NCBI GenBank assembly: GCA_050118795.1
Contig: JASFKE010000001.1
Span: 1-24,222 of the forward strand
Source of the DNA: Desulfobacteraceae bacterium
GTDB lineage: Bacteria > Desulfobacterota > Desulfobacteria > Desulfobacterales > Desulfosarcinaceae
Direction of reading: 5' to 3'
DNA: 24,222 nt
The position numbers and the translations under genes were made by a program. Every line of letters begins with the position of its first letter. Position 1 is the first letter of the stretch. Below, piece by piece: positions 8,430-16,737 of the stretch. The notes beneath the pieces were generated by a model. The model searched no databases and had not been told where the DNA came from. It was given only the letters and a program-made list of their open reading frames with translations.

Positions 8430-9770
8430 ATGGAGCAAATTTGGCAAGAAGTTAAAGCAACGCTTGAGCAGAAAATTCCTGAGCATTCATATCGCATGTG
8501 GATCGACCCCCTGAAGTTGGGGGGAATCAGCCGGACGGAAATTAGACTGGCGGCGCCGAACCGCTTTTTTAAAAAGCGAGTAGCTGAAAACTTTAGCCAA
8601 ATTATCTGTTCCGAACTGCAGCGCGCAACAGGACAGTCCATGTGCTTAAAGATCGAAGTGGCGCCATCGGGCAAAGATCCGGAAATCAAACCCGCCCAAG
8701 CCCAACAATTGCCATTGCCCAATATGACCATACAGCCGCACTTTGGCAGACTGCTACACAAAGAGTTTACATTCGACCAATTTGTGGTCGGTAAGAACAA
8801 TGATTTTGCATACTCTGCGGCGTTGTCATTGGCTGCCAGAAATGATGTGCAGCAGAACGCGCTCTATCTGCTCTCCAAGACCGGAATGGGAAAAAGCCAT
8901 CTCTCCCAAGCCATTGGGCACCATATTATAAAAGAATCACCGGGTGAACGCGTTTACTATATGACGGCCGAGGATTTCACCAACGAGATGGTGGCTTCTT
9001 ATAAAACCAATTCCATCAACCTGTTTAAAGACAAGTATCATAAAAAATGTGATGTATTGCTTCTGGAAGATGTTCACCATCTGAGCGGCAAAGACCGGAC
9101 CCAAATCGAACTGGCCCACACTCTGGATTCGCTATTTAATGATAACAAGAAGATTATTTTTTCGAGTTGTTACGCTCCCACACAAATTCCAAAACTGAAT
9201 GATAATCTCAGGTCCCGGCTCACCGGCGGGTTGATCTCCAACATCGATCCCCCCAAATATAATCTGCGGTTAAAGATATTGAAAAAATGTGCTGAATCGA
9301 ATAAATGGTCCATTCCAATCGATGTGTTGGAATTTTTATCTTCGGAATTGACCCAGGATATACGGCAACTCAAAAGCGGGTTGATGGGGGTTGTTGCCAA
9401 AGCTTCTTTGTTGGGACGCCCCATCGATATCGAGTTGGCGGCCAGCGTTGTTAAAAACATGGTGCAGAGAACTCAAGATATCACCATCGGCAGCATTAAG
9501 AAGCTGGTTTGCAAATACTACAAACTGACGCCGAAAGAGCTGGTTTCACGCTCTCGAAAACAGTCCGTTGTGCGACCGCGCCAAGTGGCCATCTATCTCT
9601 CCCGGCGATATACGGATCAGCCCCTTCAGACCATCGGAAAAAGTTTTAATCGCTACCATGCAACGGCATTGCATTCCATCGGTGTGGTGGAAAAGGGATT
9701 ACGCCAAGGCGGAACCATTCATGGCCAGGTTGACTACCTCACCAAAAAATTGGAATCCGGTGATTATTGA
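8430..9770 (+). CDS. dnaA: DnaA-family replication initiator paralog (diverged, not in dnaN/gyrB context)
   Basis: Domain I (IWQEVK...SYRMWIDPL), FTFDQFVVG.NN.FA, Walker A TGMGKSHL, Walker B LLLED, LRSRL, and domain IV SRSRKQSVVRPRQVAIYL. Start set at ATG 8430 after ggagtaagg. Confidence 0.9.
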   Translation: MEQIWQEVKATLEQKIPEHSYRMWIDPLKLGGISRTEIRLAAPNRFFKKRVAENFSQIICSELQRATGQSMCLKIEVAPSGKDPEIKPAQAQQLPLPNMTIQPHFGRLLHKEFTFDQFVVGKNNDFAYSAALSLAARNDVQQNALYLLSKTGMGKSHLSQAIGHHIIKESPGERVYYMTAEDFTNEMVASYKTNSINLFKDKYHKKCDVLLLEDVHHLSGKDRTQIELAHTLDSLFNDNKKIIFSSCYAPTQIPKLNDNLRSRLTGGLISNIDPPKYNLRLKILKKCAESNKWSIPIDVLEFLSSELTQDIRQLKSGLMGVVAKASLLGRPIDIELAASVVKNMVQRTQDITIGSIKKLVCKYYKLTPKELVSRSRKQSVVRPRQVAIYLSRRYTDQPLQTIGKSFNRYHATALHSIGVVEKGLRQGGTIHGQVDYLTKKLESGDY

Positions 9771-9786
9771 AGAACTTGTAAAATTT

Positions 9787-9984
9787 CTACTGCATTTTGC
9801 CTAATTCGTTATCATAAGCCACAAGCTCTTCTATCATTTCAGTGCGAATATTGTGATCCTGTTCAATAGCGCAGCGCAGTCTTAAAACACAATGCTTTAA
9901 ACAGAGCGGATCGCTCGAATTATACTCGCCAAAGCAGTCTGAGTCCTCATTTGGAGAATTTAGCGAAAGAATCATTTGGTTCAT
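9787..9984 (-). CDS. Small Cys-rich hypothetical protein (65 aa)
   Basis: SD GAGGA lies 8 nt upstream of the ATG, inside the suhB 3' end. Four Cys are arranged C-x10-C-x3-C-x5-C. It fills the gap at the operon end. Confidence 0.6.
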   Translation of the reverse strand: MNQMILSLNSPNEDSDCFGEYNSSDPLCLKHCVLRLRCAIEQDHNIRTEMIEELVAYDNELGKMQ

Positions 9985-10771
9985 CTATATCATCCTCTGC
10001 GTTGAGTAATGCCACCATCTCCGGATGGATATGGCCATTGGTGGCCAGAATCTGTTTCTTCTCAATATCAAAATGCCGGGCGCTGAAATCCGTCACCCGG
10101 CCCCCCGCTTCTTCTACCATCAATACGCCTGCCGCTGTATCCCATGGATTTAAGTTCTCTTCCCAAAACCCGTCGAAGCGTCCCCAGGCGATATGGCATA
10201 GATCCAAGGCCGCCGAGCCCAGCCGGCGTATGCCTTGGCAAGCGCTAAGGCTACGTTTAAATCGAACCATAAGCCTGTTTATGATGTCGTTGGTATTGTA
10301 AGGGAATCCGGTTGCCAGCAGGCTCTCTTGCAGTGTTGCAGTTGAAGATACCGCTATGGGCAGATTGTTAAGTCGTGCGCCTTGACCCTTTACAGCGGTA
10401 AACAACTCTCCGCTGACGGGGTTGAAAACAATTCCGACCGAGGTCTCATTTTGGTGGGAAAAGGCAATTGAGACGGAAAAAATACCAAGGTTATGGGCAA
10501 AATTGGTGGTGCCGTCCAACGGGTCGATAATCCAACAATTTTCCGGGTCTCCAGGAAGCGCTCCGCGCTCTTCGGCTAAAATGGCATGATCCGGAAAGGT
10601 TGTTCGAATCATTTCAAGGATGGCTTTTTCCGACTCTATATCGGCTGCGGTAACCAGGTCGATGGCTCCTTTTTTTTGTACCGAGTCGAGGTTGCCGAAG
10701 TGTCGATTTAAGATTTCGCCAGCACGATAAGCTGCACGAATACCGACTTGTTTGATTCTTTCCACATCCAT
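9947..10771 (-). CDS. suhB: Inositol monophosphatase family protein
   Basis: DLVTAAD, ILAEE, WIIDPLDGTTNFAH, RRLGSAALDLC, and WDTAAG. Start moved to ATG 10771. Confidence 0.93.
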   Translation of the reverse strand: MDVERIKQVGIRAAYRAGEILNRHFGNLDSVQKKGAIDLVTAADIESEKAILEMIRTTFPDHAILAEERGALPGDPENCWIIDPLDGTTNFAHNLGIFSVSIAFSHQNETSVGIVFNPVSGELFTAVKGQGARLNNLPIAVSSTATLQESLLATGFPYNTNDIINRLMVRFKRSLSACQGIRRLGSAALDLCHIAWGRFDGFWEENLNPWDTAAGVLMVEEAGGRVTDFSARHFDIEKKQILATNGHIHPEMVALLNAEDDIDEPNDSFAKFSK

Positions 10772-10780
10772 AAGGATTTG

Positions 10781-10810
10781 AAGATAGCCGTATTCGCTGC
10801 GCATTGTCAA
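10781..10810 (-). promoter_or_regulatory. Internal sigma70-like promoter for suhB
   Basis: Minus strand TTGACA (10810-10805), N18, TATCTT (10786-10781). The ATG follows 9 nt later with no SD. Confidence 0.5.
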
Positions 10811-10854
10811 GAATCATTGTGGCCGTCCACCATATATCCATATGGGGCGTAGGT

Positions 10855-12504
10855 CTATTTGGGAGAAATATGGATTTTAGGCATATTTTCGACCACAGCG
10901 GCCATTTCACGAATTAAAGGGACAAGTGTCTTCTGGTTTTTGGCACAAATCGGAATGCCGCGTAAACGTTCGGCACATTGGGATACCGATTCGTGCGAGA
11001 GCAAGTCAATCTTGTTCAGTCCGCGCACTTGGGGGATATGGGTCAATTTCAAATCGGACAGAATATTTTCTACGGACCTTACTTGTTCGTGATGACGCGG
11101 ATTGCTGATGTCGATGATGTGTAGAAGCAAATCCGCTTTATTCAACTCTTCCAAGGTCGCCCGAAATGCAACCATCAGATCCTTGGGCAAGTTTTGGATG
11201 AAACCCACAGTGTCTGTGATAATCACATCGACATCCGATGGAAAACGCAAGCGGCGGCTGGTGGGGTCCAGGGTTGCGAAAAGCTGGCTTTCGGCAAGCA
11301 CCCGACTCTGGGTCAGGGTGTTTAGCAGTGTTGATTTACCGGCATTGGTGTATCCGATGATGGAGATAACCGGGAGCTCTTTTTGCTCTCGCTTGCGGCG
11401 TTGCTGTCGGCGGTGTTTTTGAACTTTTAAGAGGCTGTCTTGTAACCGGTTGATTCTGTCCCTGACGCGGCGGCGGTTAATTTCCAGTTTTGTTTCGCCG
11501 GGGCCGCGTCCGCCGATGCCGCCGGTCAGCCGGGACATTGCCGTGTTTTTCGTTACCAATCGCGGGAGAAGGTATTTAAGCTGGGCTAACTCCACTTGGA
11601 GTTTTCCTTCACGGGTTTGGGCCCGTTGAGCGAAAATATCCAATATGAGTTGGGTACGATCGATAACTTTGAGCTCTACTTGATCGGTTATGGACTTGAT
11701 TTGTGAGGGATTTAACTCTTGATCGAAGATGATGATGTCGGCCCAATGCTGCATTGCCCGAATGGTGATCTCCTGGAGTTTTCCACGTCCAATAAGAAAT
11801 CTTGTATCCACTTTCTTGCGTTGCTGCACAATGGACTCAACGACTTCCAAGCCGGCCGTACGGCATAATTCAGATAACTCAATCATGGAGTCTTGGGCTC
11901 TGCGCCGCGATGCCGTGGTGATGCTGACCAACAGCGCCCGTTCATTGCGCGAATCCGGTTTGGCCGCTTCGCGTAGCTGAGTCAGCTCCCGCTCCAGGGC
12001 TTGGATGAGTGCCAGGCAATCGATATCAAGTTCATGGGGCTTTAAAATTTCTCTCACCTCATATGGATGATTGTCGGTCTTGCCGGGAAGGATATGGGAC
12101 CAATGAATGTGGCGTGTGTTGCCTTGGTCCGTTACGGTGATGGCCGCCATCAGGTCCAGTCGCAGTAGCGCCAAATCCGTTAAATCATCATCATTGAGGG
12201 GGGTGTCGGTGAGATGGGTATGGACGCAACGAACCCCCCGAAGGCGCCCCGGGTTGATGCGGTAGTCTTCCAATGGGGGGATTAAAATGCCTTGATAATT
12301 GCCAACGATCACATTGACAATACGCCCCTTGCGGTTGATGAGCAGGCCGATTTGCCTTTGAATTTCATGGGACAGCGCAGCAACATCCCGTGCCAACTCC
12401 GTTGAGATGATGGTGTAGGGTGGGACCCGTCGCTGGTAGAGCTTTTCCAGACGCTTATGTTGGCCGGGTTTGAGCCCTTTGGTATTGCCCCAGATATGTT
12501 TCAT
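10855..12504 (-). CDS. hflX: GTPase HflX (long form with N-terminal extension)
   Basis: IFDQELNPSQ, DRTQLILDIFAQRA, GGIGGRGPGETKLE, G1 GYTNAGKST, LFATLD, DTVGF and NKID. ATGA overlap with the dnaB stop. Confidence 0.96.
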   Translation of the reverse strand: MKHIWGNTKGLKPGQHKRLEKLYQRRVPPYTIISTELARDVAALSHEIQRQIGLLINRKGRIVNVIVGNYQGILIPPLEDYRINPGRLRGVRCVHTHLTDTPLNDDDLTDLALLRLDLMAAITVTDQGNTRHIHWSHILPGKTDNHPYEVREILKPHELDIDCLALIQALERELTQLREAAKPDSRNERALLVSITTASRRRAQDSMIELSELCRTAGLEVVESIVQQRKKVDTRFLIGRGKLQEITIRAMQHWADIIIFDQELNPSQIKSITDQVELKVIDRTQLILDIFAQRAQTREGKLQVELAQLKYLLPRLVTKNTAMSRLTGGIGGRGPGETKLEINRRRVRDRINRLQDSLLKVQKHRRQQRRKREQKELPVISIIGYTNAGKSTLLNTLTQSRVLAESQLFATLDPTSRRLRFPSDVDVIITDTVGFIQNLPKDLMVAFRATLEELNKADLLLHIIDISNPRHHEQVRSVENILSDLKLTHIPQVRGLNKIDLLSHESVSQCAERLRGIPICAKNQKTLVPLIREMAAVVENMPKIHISPK

Positions 12505-13862
12505 GCAGGATTTTCGAACCGCGTGTATTGACCTAAAAAGGTTAATGGAATGGCGCCGGTGGGGCCATTGCGCTGCTTGGCCAAGATAACTTCAGCGGTT
12601 CCCCGATTGGGATTGTTTTCATCTTTGTTATAGACCTCATCCCGATAGATAAACGCCACCAAATCGGCATCTTGTTCCAACGCACCGGACTCGCGCAGGT
12701 CGGAGAGCTGCGGCCGTTTGTCAGCCCTCTCCTCCAATTTGCGATTGAGCTGAGACAGCGCCACCACAGGGACATTGAGCTCTTTGGCCAGCAGTTTCAG
12801 CGAACGTGAGATGTCCGATATCTCCAGATCCCGGCGTTCTGTTGCGATGCGCCCCCTCATGAGTTGGATGTAGTCGATGATAATCATCCCAAGATCTTTA
12901 TCCATTTTGAGACGTCTAGATTTTGTGCGTATGGAGGTTGCGGAGATATCGGGCGAATCATCTATATAGATGGGGGCTTCGGCTAAGGTGCTGGCGGCCT
13001 CGGTGATGCTCGTCCAATCGTCGGGATTGATAAAACCGCCTCTTATCCGGCCGGAATCCACGCGGGCTTCGGAACAGAGCAGGCGCTCGGCCAAGGACTC
13101 TTTAGACATTTCCAGGGAGAAAATAGCCACCGGTACATTGCCGTCAATGGCCGCATTGCGGGCGATATTCAGCGCCAGCGCAGTTTTACCCATACTGGGG
13201 CGTGCCGCTAAAATGATCAAGTCCGATCCCTGGAGTCCGGCTGTTTTTTGATCCAGCTGGGTAAAGCCGGTGGGCACGCCTGTGACCAATGCCCGGTTGT
13301 TTTGCCGTATTTCCAGCGCGTCGATATTGGTCTCGATGATTGTGCTGATGGGGTGGAATGCAGCCTGGTGTTTATCTTCTGATATTTCGAAAACGGCGCT
13401 CTCCGCAAAATCGATGACCTGATCCAGATCCCCGGCATCTTCATAACAGTGCTGGGTAATTTCATTGGCTTTTGCGATCAGGCGTCGAAGTGAGGATTTA
13501 TCTTTTACAATGCGGGCATAGTGCTGCACATTGATAGCCGACGGCACCGTATCGACAATTCGTGCCAAATAAGCCGCTCCGCCGATATCTTCGAGTTGGT
13601 TTTTATCCCTTAAGATGTTGGTCAGGGTCACCAGATCCACCGGTTCTGCTTTGGCAAACAGTTCTGCAATCGCCGAAAAAATGTGTTGATGCGCTGTCCG
13701 ATAGAAATTATCAGGAGAGACAATTTCCAGTACATCCAACAGCGTGCCGCTATCCAGAAGTATGGCGCTAAGAATAGACTCTTCCGCCTCAATGCTGTGG
13801 GGCGGAAGTTTTTGCAGGGTTGGATCTTTTTGTAAAGATGATTTTAATGGATCTGGCGCCAT
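12501..13862 (-). CDS. dnaB: Replicative DNA helicase
   Basis: PPHSIEAEESIL, Walker A ARPSMGKT, FSLEM, IIIDYIQL, LSQLNR, RPQLSDLRESGALEQDAD and KQRNGPTG. No intein. Confidence 0.98.
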   Translation of the reverse strand: MAPDPLKSSLQKDPTLQKLPPHSIEAEESILSAILLDSGTLLDVLEIVSPDNFYRTAHQHIFSAIAELFAKAEPVDLVTLTNILRDKNQLEDIGGAAYLARIVDTVPSAINVQHYARIVKDKSSLRRLIAKANEITQHCYEDAGDLDQVIDFAESAVFEISEDKHQAAFHPISTIIETNIDALEIRQNNRALVTGVPTGFTQLDQKTAGLQGSDLIILAARPSMGKTALALNIARNAAIDGNVPVAIFSLEMSKESLAERLLCSEARVDSGRIRGGFINPDDWTSITEAASTLAEAPIYIDDSPDISATSIRTKSRRLKMDKDLGMIIIDYIQLMRGRIATERRDLEISDISRSLKLLAKELNVPVVALSQLNRKLEERADKRPQLSDLRESGALEQDADLVAFIYRDEVYNKDENNPNRGTAEVILAKQRNGPTGAIPLTFLGQYTRFENPA

Positions 13863-13925
13863 CGGAATCCAAATTGTAACGATGTGCGCCGGCCGCTGTC
13901 AACCTGACCGGCGCAATGATAAACA

Positions 13926-14369
13926 CTATTCCGGTACGATATTTACGGTAATTTCAGGTTCCACTTCCTTATAAACCCGTATGGGCACTTTAAAGGAACC
14001 GATGCTCTTGATGGGTTCCTTAAGCAGCACCATACGTTTTTCAAGAGAAATGTCCTGCTTGGCCAGCGCATCAACAATGTCTCTTACCGTAACGGAACCA
14101 TATAGTCGTTCGCCTTCATGAACTTTAGCGGCGATTTCACACTCCACAGTTTCCAGTTTTTGCGCCATTTGCTCAGCAAGCTCTTTTTCTTTGGCGATCT
14201 GGAGATCAAATTTAGCCCTCTCATGCTCCAAAAGTTTGCGATACTGGTCGGTGGCAGGGACGGCTTTGCCTTGGGGCAGAAGGTAGTTGCGGGCGTAACC
14301 GTTTGCCACAGTTACTTCACTACCGATAATACCCAAGGAGTCAATGGTCTCTTTTAATATCACTTTCAT
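13926..14369 (-). CDS. rplI: 50S ribosomal protein L9
   Basis: MKVIL...V..GYARNYLLPQGKA, LYGSVT and PIKSIG. SD ggagg lies upstream of ATG 14369. Confidence 0.97.
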   Translation of the reverse strand: MKVILKETIDSLGIIGSEVTVANGYARNYLLPQGKAVPATDQYRKLLEHERAKFDLQIAKEKELAEQMAQKLETVECEIAAKVHEGERLYGSVTVRDIVDALAKQDISLEKRMVLLKEPIKSIGSFKVPIRVYKEVEPEITVNIVPE

Positions 14370-14445
14370 TACAACCTCCGTTGCCCACAAGGCCCCAAAA
14401 GTGGAGGGGCCTTATATTCCATTCCGGGCATTGCGTTCTAATCCT

Positions 14446-14709
14446 TTAATCCATATTTCCCAAAAATGGAAGCAGTGCGATGGCTCGAGCCCTCTTGATG
14501 GCCAAGGTCAGCGATCGCTGATGGGTCGCACACGTGCCTGAGATTCGACGGGGAATAATTTTGCCGCGTTCGGTGATAAAATATTTCAATTGTCTGCTGT
14601 CTTTGTAGTCAATGACGAGGCTGTGATCTGCACAAAAGCGGCAAACTTTGCGTCGGTGATATACTCTACGTTTCCTTCTCGCTGGCCTTCTGGCGGGTTG
14701 GGCGCACAT
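14446..14709 (-). CDS. rpsR: 30S ribosomal protein S18 (Zn-type, Cys retained)
   Basis: [45 protein letters not shown] aggag. Confidence 0.97.
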   Translation of the reverse strand: MCAQPARRPARRKRRVYHRRKVCRFCADHSLVIDYKDSRQLKYFITERGKIIPRRISGTCATHQRSLTLAIKRARAIALLPFLGNMD

Positions 14710-14712
14710 AGT

Positions 14713-15189
14713 TTACTCCTTCTCGTTTGTTTCTTCGGTGGCGGGTTCGGTAGCTTCCTCGGTTTCCTCCGGCGCTGGTGCTTGCTCTGTTGCCGGTGAA
14801 GTCGCCTGGCTTTGTGTGGTTGATGCGTCGGTTGCTGCGGATACAGGTTCGTCAGCTGATTCTTCCGCTGCCATCTCCGCTAAGATGGCTTCGGGATCGG
14901 CTTCCTCGGCCAGTAGAACGGTCAGGTATTTTAATACCCGGTCGTCGATACGAAAGAAACGTTCGATTTCGTCCACCACCGGTCCCATGCCGCAATAATC
15001 AAATCGCGCATAGTAACCCCGTGGTCTTTTTTTGATTTCGTAGGCGAGTTTTTTGGTGCCCCAAAGATCTTCTCCAATTAAAACACCGTCTTGTTGTGGA
15101 ATGATCTCTTTGATGCGGCCAAATAGGGATGTTCGGGCATCGTCTCCCAAATCGGGATCGACGATCACAATGGTTTCGTACCGTCTCAT
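14713..15189 (-). CDS. rpsF: 30S ribosomal protein S6 with acidic low-complexity tail
   Basis: MRRYETIVI, WGTKKLAYEIKK..RGYY and IDDRVLKYL. SD gaggaggt. Confidence 0.97.
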   Translation of the reverse strand: MRRYETIVIVDPDLGDDARTSLFGRIKEIIPQQDGVLIGEDLWGTKKLAYEIKKRPRGYYARFDYCGMGPVVDEIERFFRIDDRVLKYLTVLLAEEADPEAILAEMAAEESADEPVSAATDASTTQSQATSPATEQAPAPEETEEATEPATEETNEKE

Positions 15190-15240
15190 AAAACCTCCTC
15201 GTGGTTAATAGAGCCCCAATACCGGATTGGAGCAAGGATA
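15190..15240 (-). promoter_or_regulatory. rpsF leader resembling the S6:S18 autoregulatory RNA
   Basis: Minus strand UCCUU-GCUCCAAU-CCGGU-AUUGGGGC-UCUAUUAA-CCA-C-GAGGAGGU gives an 8-bp inner hairpin, an unpaired CCR, and a 5' UCCUU able to pair with the SD. Confidence 0.65.
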
Positions 15241-15268
15241 AACGGTTTTTCTATGTCTAAAACGCGGG

Positions 15269-15298
15269 TATTTAGCACTGAATTTTGAGGATTGTCAA
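15269..15298 (-). promoter_or_regulatory. Candidate sigma70 promoter of the rpsF operon
   Basis: Perfect TTGACA (15298-15293) followed about 17-18 nt later by TGCTAAAT, an imperfect -10, just upstream of the leader. Confidence 0.45.
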
Positions 15299-15457
15299 GC
15301 GGTATGTTGTTTTGGCGCGTGTGCAGGGCAATCTGGCTGACCAGCGACCCCGCCATGTTCGCAGTTGTAACACTCTATAAACTTATGACAATATTTCCAT
15401 TGACCTGAGTTACCGCTTTTCCAACAAATCGCTCTGACCGGCTGTGGTTACATTTGA

Positions 15458-15487
15458 TTGACAATCCGTTTCGTGTATCGATAAAAT
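15458..15487 (+). promoter_or_regulatory. Candidate sigma70 promoter for the cNMP-domain/redox-module genes
   Basis: TTGACA (15458-15463), N18, TAAAAT (15482-15487). Confidence 0.45.
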
Positions 15488-15540
15488 CAATCAGTTGTTT
15501 TCGATCCGGGTGCTGTGCACCTGGTCGCAACCGCAACGCC

Positions 15541-15560
15541 AAAAGCACTGACGTGCTTTT
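15541..15560. promoter_or_regulatory. Perfect inverted repeat (operator or attenuator-like hairpin)
   Basis: AAAAGCAC-TGAC-GTGCTTTT followed by ACCTTTTCC, 31 nt before ATG 15592. Confidence 0.45.
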
Positions 15561-15591
15561 ACCTTTTCCAACAACCCAAAGGGGGCTCGGT

Positions 15592-16011
15592 ATGTATCTC
15601 AAACAAGCCGATCTGTTCTGGGGGGTGAGTCAACACGTCATTCAATCCATCACTGCAAAAGCCGTCCAACAGGAATATCAGCCAGGCGACATCATTTTTA
15701 AGAGCAATGATCCGGCAGACTGCTTTTATGTGATGATCAAAGGCAGGGTCAGGTTGGAACTCAGGCCTACCGGCTGTAAGGTTTACAGCAGTGACAGGGT
15801 GGGGGAGGTCTTTGGCTGGTCCGCCTTAATCGGCCGCAAGCAATACAGCGCCACCGTCGTTTGTGAACAGCAAACCATGGTACTGAAGTTCCATACGCAA
15901 AATGTTCACCACCTTTTTGATCAGGATGCCGAAAGCGCCGCGATTTTTTACAGGCAGCTGGCGTGCGTATTGGGAAATCGGTTGCTGGCGGTTTACGAAC
16001 TTCTCGAGTGA
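15592..16011 (+). CDS. Stand-alone cyclic-nucleotide-binding (Crp/CAP effector) domain protein, no HTH
   Basis: 139 aa. LKQADLF, YQPGDIIF...DPADCFYVMIKGRV, GEVFGWSAL and YSATVVC. Start set at ATG 15592. Confidence 0.85.
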   Translation: MYLKQADLFWGVSQHVIQSITAKAVQQEYQPGDIIFKSNDPADCFYVMIKGRVRLELRPTGCKVYSSDRVGEVFGWSALIGRKQYSATVVCEQQTMVLKFHTQNVHHLFDQDAESAAIFYRQLACVLGNRLLAVYELLE

Positions 16012-16209
16012 TTGTCCACCGGCGCCGTGGCGTCTCAATGATGAAGGGTCTCGGCGTGCCGGCAAAGCGGAGGATATGGCATGTAATGAAGAGAAAAGAT
16101 GCCGGCGAAATCAATCTTTGGCTTCGAGGGGACCCAACGCCATCGTTTTCTGCTGCGCGATCGCCTATAGGCAGCCTTCGGGGCAACGGATCGTTTTTGA
16201 GATTGCAAT

Positions 16210-16737
16210 ATGGTACCTGAACCCAACGCCGAAGACCAGGTCAAACTGGAAAATCTCCGCAAAAAGCTTAAAACAGTGGACCCCCGGCGGTGCCAACTGA
16301 TACCCGTGCTGCAGATGGTTCAGCACACCCTTTCCTACCTGCCGCCCCAGGCCATTGCACTGGTGGCGGAGTCTTTGAATATCAGCCCCACCGAGGTTTA
16401 CGCAGTGGCCACCTTTTACAACCAGTTCCGCTTAAAGCCGCCGGGACGCCATCCGGTTCGCGTCTGTCTGGGAACGGCTTGCCACATCAAAGGCGCCGAA
16501 ATTATTCTGGAACACTTAGAACGCAAACTCGATATCCGGGAAGGGGAGACCACGCCCGACCGCGAATTCAGCATCAATCGGGTGGCCTGCGTGGGGTGCT
16601 GTGCACTGGCCCCGGTGGCCCTGGTCGGCGATACCGTCCACGGCAAAATGATGACCAGCAAGGTGGAGGGGCTCATCCTGCGCATTAAAATTGAAACACA
16701 GAAGGCTGAAAGAGGGCAACGGCCCAATGAGCGTTAA
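16210..16737 (+). CDS. NuoE/HydC/HoxE-like 2Fe-2S subunit
   Basis: LIPVLQ.VQ..LSYLP, VATFYNQF, VCLGTACHIKG and VACVGCCALAP (thioredoxin-like 2Fe-2S ligands). Confidence 0.93.
   Translation: MVPEPNAEDQVKLENLRKKLKTVDPRRCQLIPVLQMVQHTLSYLPPQAIALVAESLNISPTEVYAVATFYNQFRLKPPGRHPVRVCLGTACHIKGAEIILEHLERKLDIREGETTPDREFSINRVACVGCCALAPVALVGDTVHGKMMTSKVEGLILRIKIETQKAERGQRPNER

Noticed and set aside
14713-14890. Ala/Glu/Thr-rich tail of S6 as an insertion or repeat element
   Set aside because: Acidic low-complexity S6 tails are common, and no nucleotide repeat unit is evident.
15320-15414. Resemblance to a c-di-GMP-I riboswitch (GCAGGGCAA, CTGG/CCAG stem, later GAGTTACCG)
   Set aside because: There is no GNRA tetraloop and no GACGCAAAG junction, so the core conserved nucleotides are missing.
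16012-16209. Extra small ORFs or a selenocysteine read-through upstream of the NuoE-like gene
   Set aside because: The translations resemble no family, the SD spacing is poor, and no SECIS-like stem or Cys-equivalent context follows the in-frame TGA at 16198.
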